A DNA stretch of 63,848 nucleotides, counting the filler, from Piptocephalis cylindrospora (taxonomy: Eukaryota): NCBI GenBank assembly GCA_003614145.1. It is 24 parts of 24 records of this genome, joined end to end, with 100 filler letters (N's around TTAATTAATTAA, not from the genome) between each part and the next. Parts side by side here need not be neighbours in the genome. Positions count along the whole stretch, not along the records: positions 34,804 to 37,370 come from KZ988921.1; positions 37,471 to 40,031 come from KZ988922.1; positions 40,132 to 42,689 come from KZ988923.1; positions 42,790 to 45,347 come from KZ988924.1; positions 45,448 to 47,998 come from KZ988925.1; positions 48,099 to 50,649 come from KZ988926.1; positions 50,750 to 53,300 come from KZ988927.1; 17 more parts are not named here. One strand, 5' to 3'. This document shows positions 37,264 through 50,801 of the stretch, piece by piece (position 1 is the first letter of the stretch; every line of letters begins with the position of its first letter). Position numbers and translations under genes: made by a program. The notes below the pieces were generated by a model. The model was not told the DNA's origin. It saw only the letters and a program-made list of their open reading frames with translations, and ran no database searches.

Positions 37264-37997
37264 CTAGGGACTTCCCGGAAAGGAAAGCCCCAGAGCCTCC
37301 CCTTTCTCCTTCCCTTTCTCCTCTTCATCCTCATCTCCAATCCCTTCCAGCCCACTCACCTCTTCGCGCGNNNNNNNNNNNNNNNNNNNNNNNNNNNNNN
37401 NNNNNNNNNNNNNNTTAATTAATTAANNNNNNNNNNNNNNNNNNNNNNNNNNNNNNNNNNNNNNNNNNNNAGGGTTTGAGGAAGGAGGGGTATTGTGGGG
37501 CAAGAGTGGAGTACTCAAGTATTTGTATGTGCGGATGTGGATCGGAAGGGGAGAAGCCATGGTGGCTGTTCATCATACTGGTGGGCCGCTGAGGCTTGAG
37601 AGGATGGAGAGCGTTGATCTGTCTGGAATGAAGAAGAGCTGCAAGCATATGAGCATGTAATTCATTTTAGCTGTAAGGTGTATAGGTGTAGTCTGTGGAG
37701 CGTGCTAACAAGATCAATCACCTAATACCCCCTTCGTGTAGCCATAGATTAGAGTAAGAAAGAATACGGAGGGAAAGAAAACGAACATCAACGAGATGTA
37801 TTTGTCACACTAGCGTATACCTCGTGTCCTCCGAGTAGAGGAGGAATGAAAGGGGATAGGAGCAGCGCTGCTGACAAGCAAGTGAATGAAGCGAGGAGAG
37901 GAAGACTGCTAGAGTAAGGCAGCAACCGATGCTTGGTACGTCCTAAAAGGGTGGGAGGGAAAGGGAAAGACACTAAAGACAAATAGCTATTGAAGGA

Positions 37998-38700
37998 TCA
38001 GGCCAATTGATTACTCTGATCATAGAGTCTTTGAAGCTCCTGCTCAAGCCGATCACTCCGTTCCATCTCCTGTCTTAACTGACCCTCGAGGGACCGACAT
38101 TGGTCTTCGGTGGCGAGAAGACGTTCGGTGAGGACACGGCTATGACGTTCCTGCTCATGGATCTCCGCCTGGACTCTCCACTCTACACTAACGGCCACGG
38201 CATCGGCGACGCGCACGATACGCCAAAACCGTAGGATAATGAGAAGGGAGGCAATTTCTCGGGCCGCTCCACGCAGCGCGACCTCCAGGGCAAATGACAC
38301 CACAATGACGGTGGCGTCCATGGCGTGAACCCAGTTACAAAAGTAGCCTAGGCCAAAGGCGTAGATGTGTAGGACCAATTCAAAGAGGAAGAGACTGAGG
38401 ATGCCTAGGGAGATGTTGGAAAGAACTTTCAGGGCAAGGGTGTGATGCAGATGGTCGTGAAGATCGTACAGAGAGATAGTCAGCTCGGTGACGACGATGA
38501 CCAGGTCCAAAAGGACGAGGAAGAGAATAAGGAGGTGGGTCTTCCGGGAGTCGAGGAAGCGACCGAGCCGGAGACGATGGGACTGGGGAATTTCCATGGA
38601 GGTGGTTCGTAACAATGGGGTATAGGCGGTGGGATAATCAGATGGGGGGGATGAAATATTGGGTTGGGGGTCAGAGTCCGTGGGGGGGGCCCGAGTTCAT
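37998..38700 (-). CDS. HVCN1: Voltage-gated proton channel Hv1
   Basis: 4 TMs with no pore domain, S1 Asp (VLLDL), S2 FLFE, S3 D, S4 RFWRIVR (RxWRxxR) and a C-terminal coiled coil. ATG 38700 is in frame only if the G8 run at 38682-38689 is G7; an alternative ATG is at 38597. Confidence 0.92.
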
Positions 38701-41132
38701 GAGGCAGAATGGAACCTGCAATGAGTGAGTGTGTGGGTGGGGTGGTGGGATGGAAGGGAAGGGGAGAGAGGGGTGCAATAACTTGACGTAGCCGGATGGT
38801 GGGTGGGGATGGAGGGTAAGAAGGGGGAAGGGAAGGGGATGGGAGAGGAAGGACGTAAGTTAGGGGGGAGGAAGAGGAAGAAAGAAAGGAAAGAAGGAAC
38901 AAAGGAAGAGTCTAAGCTCCCTAAAAACCAGGAGCGATTCATCAGGATAAGTCGTGTGTGTTACCTGATGGAGAGTAGGGTAATGGACTGAGGTTGTGGT
39001 TTATCGCATCAATAAAGCCCACTCTAGGTTCATCAGCCATCTTTTGCATGCACCGAACGAGGCTTTCCTTGGCTGTATTGCCCTATGGAGCATGGAGTGA
39101 CCTTCATTGGGGCCAGGTCCTGACTGTTGCCCTGCGACGGCTGGCCAGACTCCGACAGCCTGAAGAACCGAAAAGCGGAGCTACAATCGGGGTTGAATAA
39201 GGAGGAAAAAATAAGGTGGGACATGGTTGTATTGGAGATGAATGGGTTCATCATGTCTCTCCACCTATATCCCAGGAACTGAGTACTACACAGGCTAACT
39301 GAATGTGCTTGAGGGTCAAGCTATGTCCCTGGTCCAGTAAGATTCAGTCTTTGTTCCTCTCAGACCCTGCCTCCAAGTCCACTATTTACCTTTGGGGGAA
39401 AAAGTTCAGGTAGAGAAGATACAGGGCCAGGTACGAGGTTTATGGGACTCTTGGTAGGAGAAGACGTTATCTAGGGCGGCTGAAAATAAGCAATGAAATG
39501 ACCATGAGTGTAAATTCATTTACTTCACCATTTTGGTAGAGGCAGCTAGGTTCTTAGTATGGTCCATCAACTGGTATATACCCCTAGATGCGTGATATAC
39601 CAGACATGTATATCTGACGCCGTACCCTATAGACAATTCGATATATACTGGTGAGCCGCCATTCATGGCCCCATCCGGAGGAGGATATGAGTAAATTTCT
39701 TTCGGCTACTGCCCCTAGAAGAGTTTTCAATCCACCGCGACATGTCATCATCATCCTCCAGTGTGTCATATTTCCTCACTCTTCCTACTTCTGTAGAGGT
39801 CATTCTTTCTCTCCTTCCATTATTCCATAAGCTTTGAGATGACCAAAAATTGGCGATACAGCAGTTAAAAATAAGTAGAATGCAGCCAGAGAGCATGTAC
39901 ATATATTAGCTTGCGTCCTGGCTTATCGTCTATATATCCTCTATACATGTGCTTACGATAAACAGCAAAAATGTGTTGGGGAAGATCTCTACATGTTCTT
40001 ACCATCACATATACCCATTCTCTATCCAAATNNNNNNNNNNNNNNNNNNNNNNNNNNNNNNNNNNNNNNNNNNNNTTAATTAATTAANNNNNNNNNNNNN
40101 NNNNNNNNNNNNNNNNNNNNNNNNNNNNNNNATCAAGAAACAATTAACTTTCCTACAGAGAGATGAGTAAAAATAGGGGGGGGGCTCTGGAATGAATATC
40201 AATGGATGCCAGGGATAAGAAGGGTTGGGTCAAGCGATGCTGGGGAGGGAGAGCAGGTGAGGTAGACAAATATCAGGTGGGAAGGGAAGGCCATCGAGAA
40301 GGACGTATGTGTGTATATGTGGGGCGTTGTCACCAAGGGCGAGATCCTTTTATACGACAGTCGTGCAAGAGAAAATGACAAAGGATAGGGGATATCGTGA
40401 GACGAATGAAGACGGGCAGGAGAGACATGCCTTTCATTCAATTCACCTGAACGCATGTGGGTCTTTTAGACATTTGGATGGATGGGGGGATGATCTCTTG
40501 CCATCCCTTTCGATGGGAGAGAAGGGGAGAGATATGCATCCCTTACACAATGTATAATGGTGTCATGGTAAGAGGGGAGATGAAGGGAAAATGGGGGAGG
40601 AGTGACCACATCATGTCCACTTCAAATGGGAAAGTGATTCATTAAGTTTGTTTCATGCTGTAAGAGATAGCCTATATTCTTAAGGAGAGGGAATGTCTGC
40701 ATCACCACTCGCTTATAATGAGACTGAGACTTCCTTCCCTTGGCGTTGTTATGGGGTGGTATGTGCGTTCATGCCCTCCCTATTATGACGCCTTAGTATG
40801 AGGCAAGGCAAAACAACACACCAATCATGCACATATATACACAGCTCGGATTATTTCCTTAGAAAGGAAAGTGAGTATCCTATGAAGGTAGAATCCAGTG
40901 GGATCGGTCATGTTTTATATCATTCAACGCTCCTTCCCATCACTCGTCACACCCTATGCTGAGGAGGCTACGGTGATCTGGCGTTTTGAGTAGGCCGTGC
41001 ACGAGAAGGGCCCCATATTATCCCGCATCATCTAGGTCACACTCATATAAAACCCGCCGGTTGGTCATGTGTTGAAGATGACCATGGGGGAAGGGGGACG
41101 GGGCTAGAAGATCAGGTGTCTAGGTTGTGGGT

Positions 41133-41177
<45 letters not shown>

Positions 41178-42633
41178 GTGGGGCGGAAGATATGAGGGGA
41201 ACCTCTCATTGTCATTTTCATATGTTTTATCGATGGGCTTTCATCAATGCCCCCTTTCCTCTCTCACCTTTCGCCAACAGGGGTGATTTCTTGACAGATC
41301 ACCCTGTTCCTCTCCCCATTGGTAGCCTATGCATCGTTTACACGAGGAAAGAGCAGTATAATGGGCATGTGTGCACTGTTTATTCCCTGAGATGTCAGAT
41401 ATCCCTCGGGGAAAGGATAGGTGAAATCAATCATTCTTTGAATAATCAAATCGAGCTTTCCTTAGTGGTAATGATGGGGAAAGCGTACATACCCTTCCCA
41501 AGGTCACGACGCCTAGTCTCTCCGCCTCTCGACCGACAGGATATTGTCCCACGGGATGGATGAATGGTCCATAAAATTCGTCGAAATAACTACCAATTTG
41601 AGATTCGAAAATAAGCACCATGTTGAGGCGGACAGCCCCTGTGACCATGGTGTAATGGATAGAAGACCATCCTAGATGCGAGTCTTCCCACTCATGAAGA
41701 GCACAAAGTCATAGGAGGGCAAATCTCACCACACCTTCCAGGTAATAATAATAGAACACAACATAGCGGCCTTGGGCTTAATCTGCTGACACCCTGTTTA
41801 AAGCGCCCGGTTTTACGGAGCGCCCCCCACCTCTCATCACAGCGGCAGGGCGCACTTGACCCAGAACAGGGAAGGGAGCTTCATCAGCCTCTCTCCCTGT
41901 AGTAGCTACCCTCCGCCCTGTCCCCGCCCCCCCCCCTCTCCTCATCAACCCATCCCTTCACCAATATCTATATTCATCCCCATTCCATTCTCGTGTAAAT
42001 ACCCCCTATCTTATTTTCTCTATCTTCTTTCCTTTCCTTCCCTCCCCTTCCTCCTCTATCCCTATTCATCTTTAGTGCTGAGATATACTGGAAACGCCGA
42101 TTCATTGCCCACACCCGCTCAGTTTGATCACCTCGGCCATCTTTCCTCTCTTGAGCATTGATCTGATTGCCTTGATTGTATCATCTTCCTCTCTCACATT
42201 GCATCCAGTCCAATCACACGTCGTGTGTGCGCGATTTCCCGCATCCTCTATCGCTCGATCCGCCGTGCTAACTCCGATCCGCATACAGCCTCCCCCCTTG
42301 TCGTACCACCTCCACACCCGGTCCAACCGCCCATACACGCGTCATCCTTTTGTCATCCCCTGGTCCATTTATTGTCTAGAGAGCAAGGTTGGTTCTCTTT
42401 TTTCCTCAAATCTTCATTGGGAGGGGTCGTCTCCTTATTCCTTTCTCCCTCGCACTGACCATTAGCACTCTACTTCCATAATAATAATAGCATTCCATCC
42501 TTCCCTCTGGATCACCACTTTCATTTTATCCCTCGACAGTGTGGTAAGCCATCCTCCTCCTTTGTCCTTGGTGTCATGCCCCTCTTTTTCGTACCAGTAG
42601 AATGTCTTCATCGGGGAAGATCCACTGCCCTCC

Positions 42634-42676
<43 letters not shown>

Positions 42677-43189
42677 ACCCCCACCCCCCNNNNNNNNNNN
42701 NNNNNNNNNNNNNNNNNNNNNNNNNNNNNNNNNTTAATTAATTAANNNNNNNNNNNNNNNNNNNNNNNNNNNNNNNNNNNNNNNNNNNNGATGGAGGGAT
42801 TGTATAGATCGCATGAAGATTCAAAGTAGCAGTGTCTGTAGAAAAAGAAGAGAATGATGTCAATCATCCCATCACCGTGATAGATGGCGTCGAATATGTC
42901 GAATGCTCCTCGTTACATTACTCAATCCACTGCTTTGGCTATCTTTCTGGAAAATACTCGTCCGAGGCACTCTGTGTGTTCTTCATATAAAGTATGATGA
43001 GCGGAGATTGATTGATGATTAGGCATGCATGCACGAGACCTGTTTCTCTCGTACTTTGTGGTGTGGGGGACATTACACCACATGACAACGGCTGCAGTAA
43101 ATAGGCCAGTTCTATTTCATAACGTTCTCTCTCCCTTCCATGCCCACTAGTCGAACAGGAAAAGATACCTAGGGATCCTCATTTCATCG

Positions 43190-45347
43190 TCATCCAGGCT
43201 TGGACCGATGAGGTCTTTCCCCTCCTCCGTGAGCAATATGGTGTTGATGTTGTTGCTTCCGTAGTTGTTTCATCTCAAACTCATGCCAATCCCCCTCGAT
43301 CCCTGGTATAGAGGAAGAGTCAGATGGAAAGGGGGCCTCCTTTTGTAGCCAAGGATGGTTCAGGAGACTGGACGCGGACAATCGGTCCTTTGGGTCCAGA
43401 CTGAGCATCCCCTTAACAAAATCCAATCCTGCTGGGGTGAGATGTCTATCGTGGAGAGAGGGGAGGGGGAGATGAGATGGCATGGTTCGGTGGCCATCTG
43501 GCTTCGATAACCACACTTACTCTGAATAAAGTTCGGTCAATCGACAGGATCTTGGCGTGTTCGGTCGAAGGAGTTGCCACCAGGGTAAATCCATCACCCC
43601 ATCCCATCTCATTCTACCAACGTCTCCACTCTCTTCCTCCCCAATCCGAGGGGTGCCCAGGGTGGACCAGATGGATTGAAGCTGACCAATTTCATCTGAT
43701 GCCTGGAACGGAGCCTTTCCTGTCAGTAACTCCAGGAGGATACAACTATCATGCAGAACGGGGGAAGGCTAAGTGACTTGCTCTCCATTCCTCTTCACCA
43801 TCTTACCTAAACTTACCCGGCTGACCAAATGTCCACTTCAGCTCCATAATCCGTGGATCCGAGAAGAAGCTCGGGTGGACGGTACCATAAGGTAATGACC
43901 CGGTTGGTATAATCCCGACGTAGACCAGGGCCACCCGTAGCTTCATCCAGACGGGCAAGGCCAAAGTCTGCAATCTTCAGAAGACCATCCCGATCAATAA
44001 GAAGATTGGAGCCCTTGAGATCCCGATGCAATATTCCTACATCATGCATGTGACCTAGACCTCGAAGGAGCTGCTGGATAAGACACTTGACATGTGTAAG
44101 GTCCAGACGGTATGCAGGATTTCCATTGAGTCCGGTCAGATCATGATCCATGTACTCAAACACCAGGTAGATATACGGGGCCTGTAGCATAATCTCCTTG
44201 AGACCTACAATGTTGGGATGGTGTAGCCTTTGTAAAAGACGCATCTCTCTCATCGTTGTGATCGGATACTGCATCAGAGGAGTACATGTGTGTGTGAGAA
44301 ATGTGATTTAAAAAAGCAGATAGCCAGGAGCAGAACCACTTACCCCGTCCTTCTCGGTAGCCGTCCGAATCTGTTTCAAGGCCACCAGCTCCCCTGTTTC
44401 AGTGTTCTTGGCCTTAAAGACCCGGCCATACGTCCCTTCCCCCACTTGACCCAACCGCTCGTAGATCTCCGTCGGTTTCTTCCCTCTTTTTTGAGCCACA
44501 GTAGCCGTCGAGGAGGGGATGGGCTGGGGCCGGATGCCTGATGGAGGTACGTCTCTAGGCTTTTCTCTATCTTGCGATATCTTTACTTCTGGTCGCTCTA
44601 GGGCCCTATTCCCCAAACCAGAGAAAGCCTCCTCACTCTCTACCTGACGCTTGGGACCCTTGGGGATGTGGATGGTCTCCTCGGATATGGAGGAAGGTTC
44701 CGGGCCGGAGTATTGAAGATTCCTAGGGGAGGGCATGGGCACCATTGGCCTTTTTTCCTCATGTAAGGCCAAGCCATTCATCTCTCTCTTCTCCTTTTCT
44801 GCCTCTTCCTCTAAATTGGCCATACTCTTTCGCTTAATCTTTTCTTCCTCTTTCTTCTCGGGGAGCCTATCTCCCCTTCGCTTCTTCCCTCCGTCCTCAT
44901 CTCTCCCGTAAATGGAATCACCTCTTCGTTTCCTTCCCTCTCTCCCCGCCCGCTCGTCATCTCTTCCGGATCCCTCATCGTCATCTCGTTCAAAAGAGGG
45001 ATGGAGCATGGAAGGATGAAGGGAGGATCTAGCGTGCTTGGACAGCATCCGCTTCCGAAGGGTCAGGGGCTTGCGTAGGTGCATCCCTAGCCGTTCTTCA
45101 ATGGGTCGACCAGCTAAGGACTTCATCGGTTCTTGAGACCTTCTCTCTAAGGGTGGTCCCTCTGATCCAGATACTTCTCGTAGGGATTGTGACGTGGAAA
45201 AGGTCTCTCTGTCCCTCGGATCACCCCGAAATCCATCTGGCCTCCCGTCAGCCTCCTTGAGGCCATATCCATCTTCTCTACCCCGCTCTAGACTCCGATC
45301 TCTTCCAGACCAGGGCTTCGATAATCTCCGGAGAGGGGAGGGTGATC
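43190..45347 (-). CDS. CTK1: CTD kinase Ctk1/Lsk1 (CDK12-like), 4 exons, N-terminus truncated
   Basis: QVGEGTYGRV, DG|YPITTMRE, FEYMDHDLTG, HRDLKGSNLL, DFGLAR, DYTNRVITLWYRPPELLLG and GDWHEFE. Confidence 0.93.
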
Positions 45348-47290
45348 NNNNNNNNNNNNNNNNNNNNNNNNNNNNNNNNNNNNNNNNNNNNTTAATTAAT
45401 TAANNNNNNNNNNNNNNNNNNNNNNNNNNNNNNNNNNNNNNNNNNNNTGTGTCTCATTAAGGTCTAGGCCGATGGCGGTGAAGTTGGCAGCCGATGAAGA
45501 GCGAAAAATACACGCAAGCAGTGTTTTTGTGTGTGTATGTTATGGATAAACAATAACAACAGTGATAATGAAAGGACTGATGATTCTCAGAGTAGCATAG
45601 TTTATACACGCCAGTGGAACACATATTTCTGTTTAAACGCCGCAAGGACATTCAGCGTCCTAGAAACGGGGCGATCAGGAGAGGGAGGGTCATGGGAGGA
45701 TCAGTGAGAGAAAAGAGGACAAATGCATCCTTTTTAACCCGGGCTAAGGGGTAGGAATGGCGGGGAGAGAGGTCGATCCGGTGAAATGAAATGCTATCAT
45801 TGGAGGAAAAACAGTTGGAGAAGAATAAAGACCCCTTCCATCGAGAGAGATGAGCGATAAAGCGTCCATCATCCGACGTGATCATTTACATTGACCCTTT
45901 TTTGTTCATCATCTGGTGTCAAAACCCCCTTTCCCTACCATCCGGATCGATGAGGCAACGGCAAGGGTCAACAAACAACGTCTCCTCTCTAAATGCGGAC
46001 GGACATGTGGGGGTAACCAGGGACGGATTTATATCTAGCCCTCTGAGCCATCTGACTTCGGCCCTACCCATACTTTATAATAGATGCGTGCCATATTGAC
46101 CCGCTTTAGGAAGAATAAGATAGTGTTATCCTAACCAATTGGAGCGTTCAAGTCGCTCTACCCCGCTCCATCACTCATCAGGTCTTTTTCCAAACAAGGA
46201 ACAGGTCTAGGATAGAGACAATCATTCCTGTCCAGGGTATCTATCGTAATCCTCGGTACTCCACATACCTTTTTGGCCTATTCATCCAGGTAGCACACCA
46301 TGGCCTCCACTGGAAGCCTTTCGTGTCATATTTCTCCTCCAGACACTGAACCAATCCTCTCTGGGGCTCTTACCCTCATTAGGACTGGTCTTGTCGGAGA
46401 TATCACGTCTCCTGCTTGATCCTGTCTTCTCCGACACACACACGCCCGTCATAGCACACACGCGCGAGCATATCATCCTCCCGCTCAAGGATTGGGTCTT
46501 GCCAAGAGTCGTGTGCCTCCTTTCTCTCCTTTCCTTTCTTCCTTTTCCCACTCTATGCACACTTCGCTCTTAAATTCACGTTACACACTGAGTGCCCCGC
46601 ATCAAGCCACTTGCTGCACACATGTCGGTAGCGTTTCTATCCGCCCTTCTGAGCTCATCTTCATCCACCATCCTACTCGGGAAAGCCCAGCCTAGGCTCC
46701 CCCCCTCCCCCTATCCTCAAATTCTAAGCAACAACAACATGGGTACTCCTCCTCCCTGGCCCTATCCTTCTATCAACTTGACGCTCTCCTAGGTTCCTTC
46801 TTCCTCCCAAGCAATACATTATTCTTTAAACCTCAAATAATCTCCCAAATACCTATTCATGCTGAGTGGATAAAAGTCCGCACATACGCGTGTGGCCATG
46901 CACACAGGGGTACTGAGGACAGATTCTACTCTGTTCTCCCGCCCTATTCTTGTGGGATTCTGAGTGGGCGGAGCCCCCGGGGCGGCGGGATGATACTCTG
47001 CGGGGACAAGTGCGTGTGTGTGAACAGCTCTGTGACCGGACTCACCCATTTCATCTCCTCTCCTTTCCTTTTCTCTCCCCTTCCCATTCTCCTTTGTCCT
47101 TTCCATCTGTCTTTCTTTCTTCCATCCCGACCCGACCTTTTCCATCCCCGCCCCTCTCTTCTCCTCTCCTCTCCTCCCCTTTCCTCCATCTTATCTTCTT
47201 TTTCTTCCCCTCTCTTAGCCAACCCACCATCATCCTCTCCTCTCCTCTCCTCTCCCATCACCCCACACACACATCCAGCGAGAAAGTACC

Positions 47291-47998
47291 ATGAATGCCG
47301 ATGCGTCCCTGGTGGGCTTGGGGGAGCTCTTGACCCTGGGTTCCCTCTACGCACAAAGAAGGTCCTTGGAGGAACGTGACCTTGACCGCTCCCTTACCCG
47401 ACTTCACACCGCCTACCAGAGGTATGTGAGCCTCCAGAGATTACACGATCGTCTTCACGACCACTTGAAGAACCATCAAACTCGCGAATTCTCCCTACTT
47501 CTTCATTCCTCCCTCCCCCACACTGCCTCCTATGTTCTACCTCCTCGTCGAGCAAGGCATTTTGCTTCCTCCTCTTCTTCCTCCTCCTTTTCAGGTCACC
47601 CCAACCGCTTTTCTGCCTCCTCCACCTCTTTGGCCTCCTCCATCACTTCCTCCTCCTCTTCTTCCTCTTCCTCCTCCTCCTCCTCCACTACTGCCTCCTC
47701 TTCTTCCTCAGCCTTTCCTTCCTCAACCTCCTCCCTCCCTCCTGGAATACCAGTAAAAAGTCTTCTTCATCGAATTTCTAGGGAAGCTTGTGTGGCCATC
47801 CTCGAGCTCGTTACTTTTCTCCGGGCCGATCCCTTTATCCTTGCTCGAACCCTTCACCAACTTCCTTCCCATGACCTCCAGGCCTTACTTCACCCAGGTC
47901 CTCCCTCCTCAGTCTCCATCCACTCCACTGCCCAAGTCGCTCTATCCTCCTCCGCTTCCTCCATTTCCGCTCATACCTCCTCGACTTCACCCACCCTT
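47291..47998 (+). CDS. N-terminus of uncharacterised protein (helical, poly-Ser insert)
   Basis: ATG after a long CT-rich leader. The ORF is open to the contig end and contains LVTFLRADPFILARTL. Confidence 0.6.
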
Positions 47999-48098
47999 NN
48001 NNNNNNNNNNNNNNNNNNNNNNNNNNNNNNNNNNNNNNNNNNTTAATTAATTAANNNNNNNNNNNNNNNNNNNNNNNNNNNNNNNNNNNNNNNNNNNN

Positions 48099-49026
48099 GA
48101 GATGGAAGAGGAGGGTAAGGTAGCTTCTGAGCAGAAGGATCAAGATGAATCGGATGAAGAGGCCCCGGAGGAGGCATCCTTCAAGAGTAGTCGGACTAGG
48201 GCTCTAGAAAGGGTCAAGGCCGCTCAAATGGCCGCTGAGGCCCAAGCCGCTCTAGATCGGCAAAGAAGAAAGGAGGCCGAGGATGCTAGGAAAGAGGCGC
48301 AAAAGGAGAAGAAGCTACGGATCGAGGCTCAGCTTTCCACCGAGGCTGCCCCTGTGGTCGGCGGCCTTCCTCTTAGTATCCTGAAGGAGGTTGAAGAGGA
48401 GGAGAAGGAAGTCAAGGAGGCCATTGGCTCCACTGGGTAAGTCTTTTTTTTGAATGTAGAGTGGACTAATCCATAATTAAATCCACTCATCCCTCTCTCT
48501 TCCTTACACGCGCACCTATAGCAAACCTCTCGCTGGAATAAAGCGTATTTTTGATCAAGATGAAGGGACCAGAACCGAAGAGAAGAAGAAGAAGAAGAAG
48601 AAGCATGTGATGAGTAAGGAGGAGGCCAGGTTAAAGGCCTCAAGGAAAGCAGCGTAAGTTCATGAGGGAGCGTATACTATTGTGCTTTCTTGATCGATGG
48701 GACGTGTGGATCAGATCTTCTAAAGCCCCTTTCCTCCTCTCTTTCTTCTACAGTGGTATCCAAGTGGTGGAAATGCAAAGTTCAGGCTCTCAAGGATCAG
48801 GAGTGTCCAAGAAGGTCAAGAAATTCCAAAAGAATCACCTTTATGGCAAACGTCTTGCCCGACAACAGGGTAAGTCATGGCGGGGAGAGTGGAAAGGGGC
48901 CTTGATTATCTCTTCATTCCCATGCTCTATTTGCTCACTCTTCCCTTTCCAGGCGTTAATGCCCTGTCTAGTGCAAACGGGTATCGGTTTGGGAGCCCCT
49001 CTACCTCTTTTGTTCGCCGATCATAG
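48099..49026 (+). CDS. Probable U3 snoRNP Bud21/Utp16/NOL7-like protein (4 exons)
   Basis: ESDEEAPEEASF, charged helix, LPLSILKE and KFQKNHLYGKR. GT-AG introns at ~48437-48520, 48655-48752 and 48870-48952. Confidence 0.55.
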
Positions 49027-49193
49027 CTCACCTAATAAATGGGCTTTTGTGGCGCATACATCCCGAGAAGTGCAAGGGTGAAGAGAGTCTTACAAGGGTA
49101 TTTTGGTTTGTTTTTCCATCCTTAAAGTCATACAATGATACGTATCCGGAAAGATGGTGTTTTATTGGCAAGTGATCATTTATTTCAATCGTT

Positions 49194-50075
49194 CTAAGCA
49201 GTCTTTGCCTTTTTCTTTTCTACCTTGTGGGCCTTTGATTTATTGGTCTTGCCTTTGGGGGTTTCAGCCTTGGGTTCTTCAGCCTTGGGCTCTTCGGCCT
49301 TGGACTTTTCGCCCTTGGGCTTTCCAGTTTTTCCCGCTCCCTCCTGGCCTTTCTCTGCCTTGCCCGCATCAAGCTTGGCCTTGGCGTCCTCCTTTTCCTA
49401 TGATGGGTACAATAAAAAGATGTGTAAGGATGGATGGTCTTCCCTCTCCTGCCCTGCCCTGCACTTTGAGAGTATCCTACCTTGGCTTTACGAGCCTCCC
49501 GGGAAGCACGCTTTCGTGCATTCTTCGCTTTAAGTTTCTCCACTTGTTCCGGGGTTCTTTGTTGTTTCCGATGCGATCGCTCTCTCTTGAGATGCTCCTG
49601 AAGTGTGGTGGGGATGGGTAAGGAAGAGAAGCCAACAGCGACTAATGGCATGACTAGTACTTACCTTGCTCTTCAAATGGATTTCGACAGCCAGGGTCGT
49701 TCGTAGCCGCTTCTTTGGACAAAGATGGCAAGTAAACTCTTCCTCCTCGGTCGCTTCCAAAACATCTTCGTCTTCTGCCTGATCTGAACCAGCTTCTAGG
49801 TTATCGTCGTCGTCGTCGTCGTCGTCCTCCTCCTCCTCTTCCTCTTCTTCCTCTTCCTCTTCCTCCTCTTCCTCGCTATCATCATCTCCGCTATCCTCCT
49901 CAGAGGAGGAAAGGTCTGCTAGTGTTTGAGGGTCCTCACCCTGTCGTCGTGCCTTGCGCTTCTGTCCCGCACGACCTCCTTTTGTAGTCACTTTGGGCTC
50001 CTCCTCCCCCTGGTCAAGGAAGCTCTTGCCCTCAATAGCACTGCGTAGTAGTTCAGACCGGGCACGTTTGAACAT
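49194..50075 (-). CDS. Acidic/basic C2H2 zinc-finger protein, probably nucleolar (3 exons)
   Basis: Poly-E/D tract, FTCHLCPKKRL..VEIHLKSK|EH (CxxC..H..H split by an intron) and a Lys-rich KAEEP-repeat tail. Confidence 0.75.
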
Positions 50076-50351
50076 GATGATATGGAAGGATGTGATGATA
50101 GTTTAAGAAAACAAAGTCCAAGTAGGGAAGGGCCAATGCTTGATATGCTTCATTGTGGCTTCATTACTGATCAGTCCGCTTGACCGGGCGGAAGAAAAAA
50201 AAAGAATAAAAGTTACTCCTTTGGCCTCATCTCAGCTGTGCATTAACAATATTGACCATGTCACACGTCCAATTTTATACCCATTTTTCCCATTTCGAGA
50301 TCATATTTTATTCAGCGTTTGGCTTTGGGTAATGTGTCATGACCTCTACGA

Positions 50352-50649
50352 CCTAGGCAAGCTCAGATCAGGCAGAAGACGAAGATGTTTTGGAAGCGAC
50401 CGAGGAGGAAGAGTTTACTTGCCATCTTTGTCCAAAGAAGCGGCTACGAACGACCCTGGCTGTCGAAATCCATTTGAAGAGCAAGGTAAGTACTAGTCAT
50501 GCCATTAGTCGCTGTTGGCTTCTCTTCCTTACCCATCCCCACCACACTTCAGGAGCATCTCAAGAGAGAGCGATCGCATCGGAAACAACAAAGAACCCCG
50601 GAACAAGTGGAGAAACTTAAAGCGAAGAATGCACGAAAGCGTGCTTCCC
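50352..50649. repeat. Inverted duplicate of ~49501-49800
   Basis: The same peptide appears on both strands in the ORF track, and the copy runs to the contig end. Confidence 0.9.
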
Positions 50650-50749
50650 NNNNNNNNNNNNNNNNNNNNNNNNNNNNNNNNNNNNNNNNNNNNTTAATTA
50701 ATTAANNNNNNNNNNNNNNNNNNNNNNNNNNNNNNNNNNNNNNNNNNNN

Positions 50750-50801
<52 letters not shown>

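Noticed and set aside
40153..40170. TACAGAGAGATGAG resembling the U6 ACAGAGA box
   Set aside because: No flanking U6 sequence such as the AGC triad/ISL or 5' stem.
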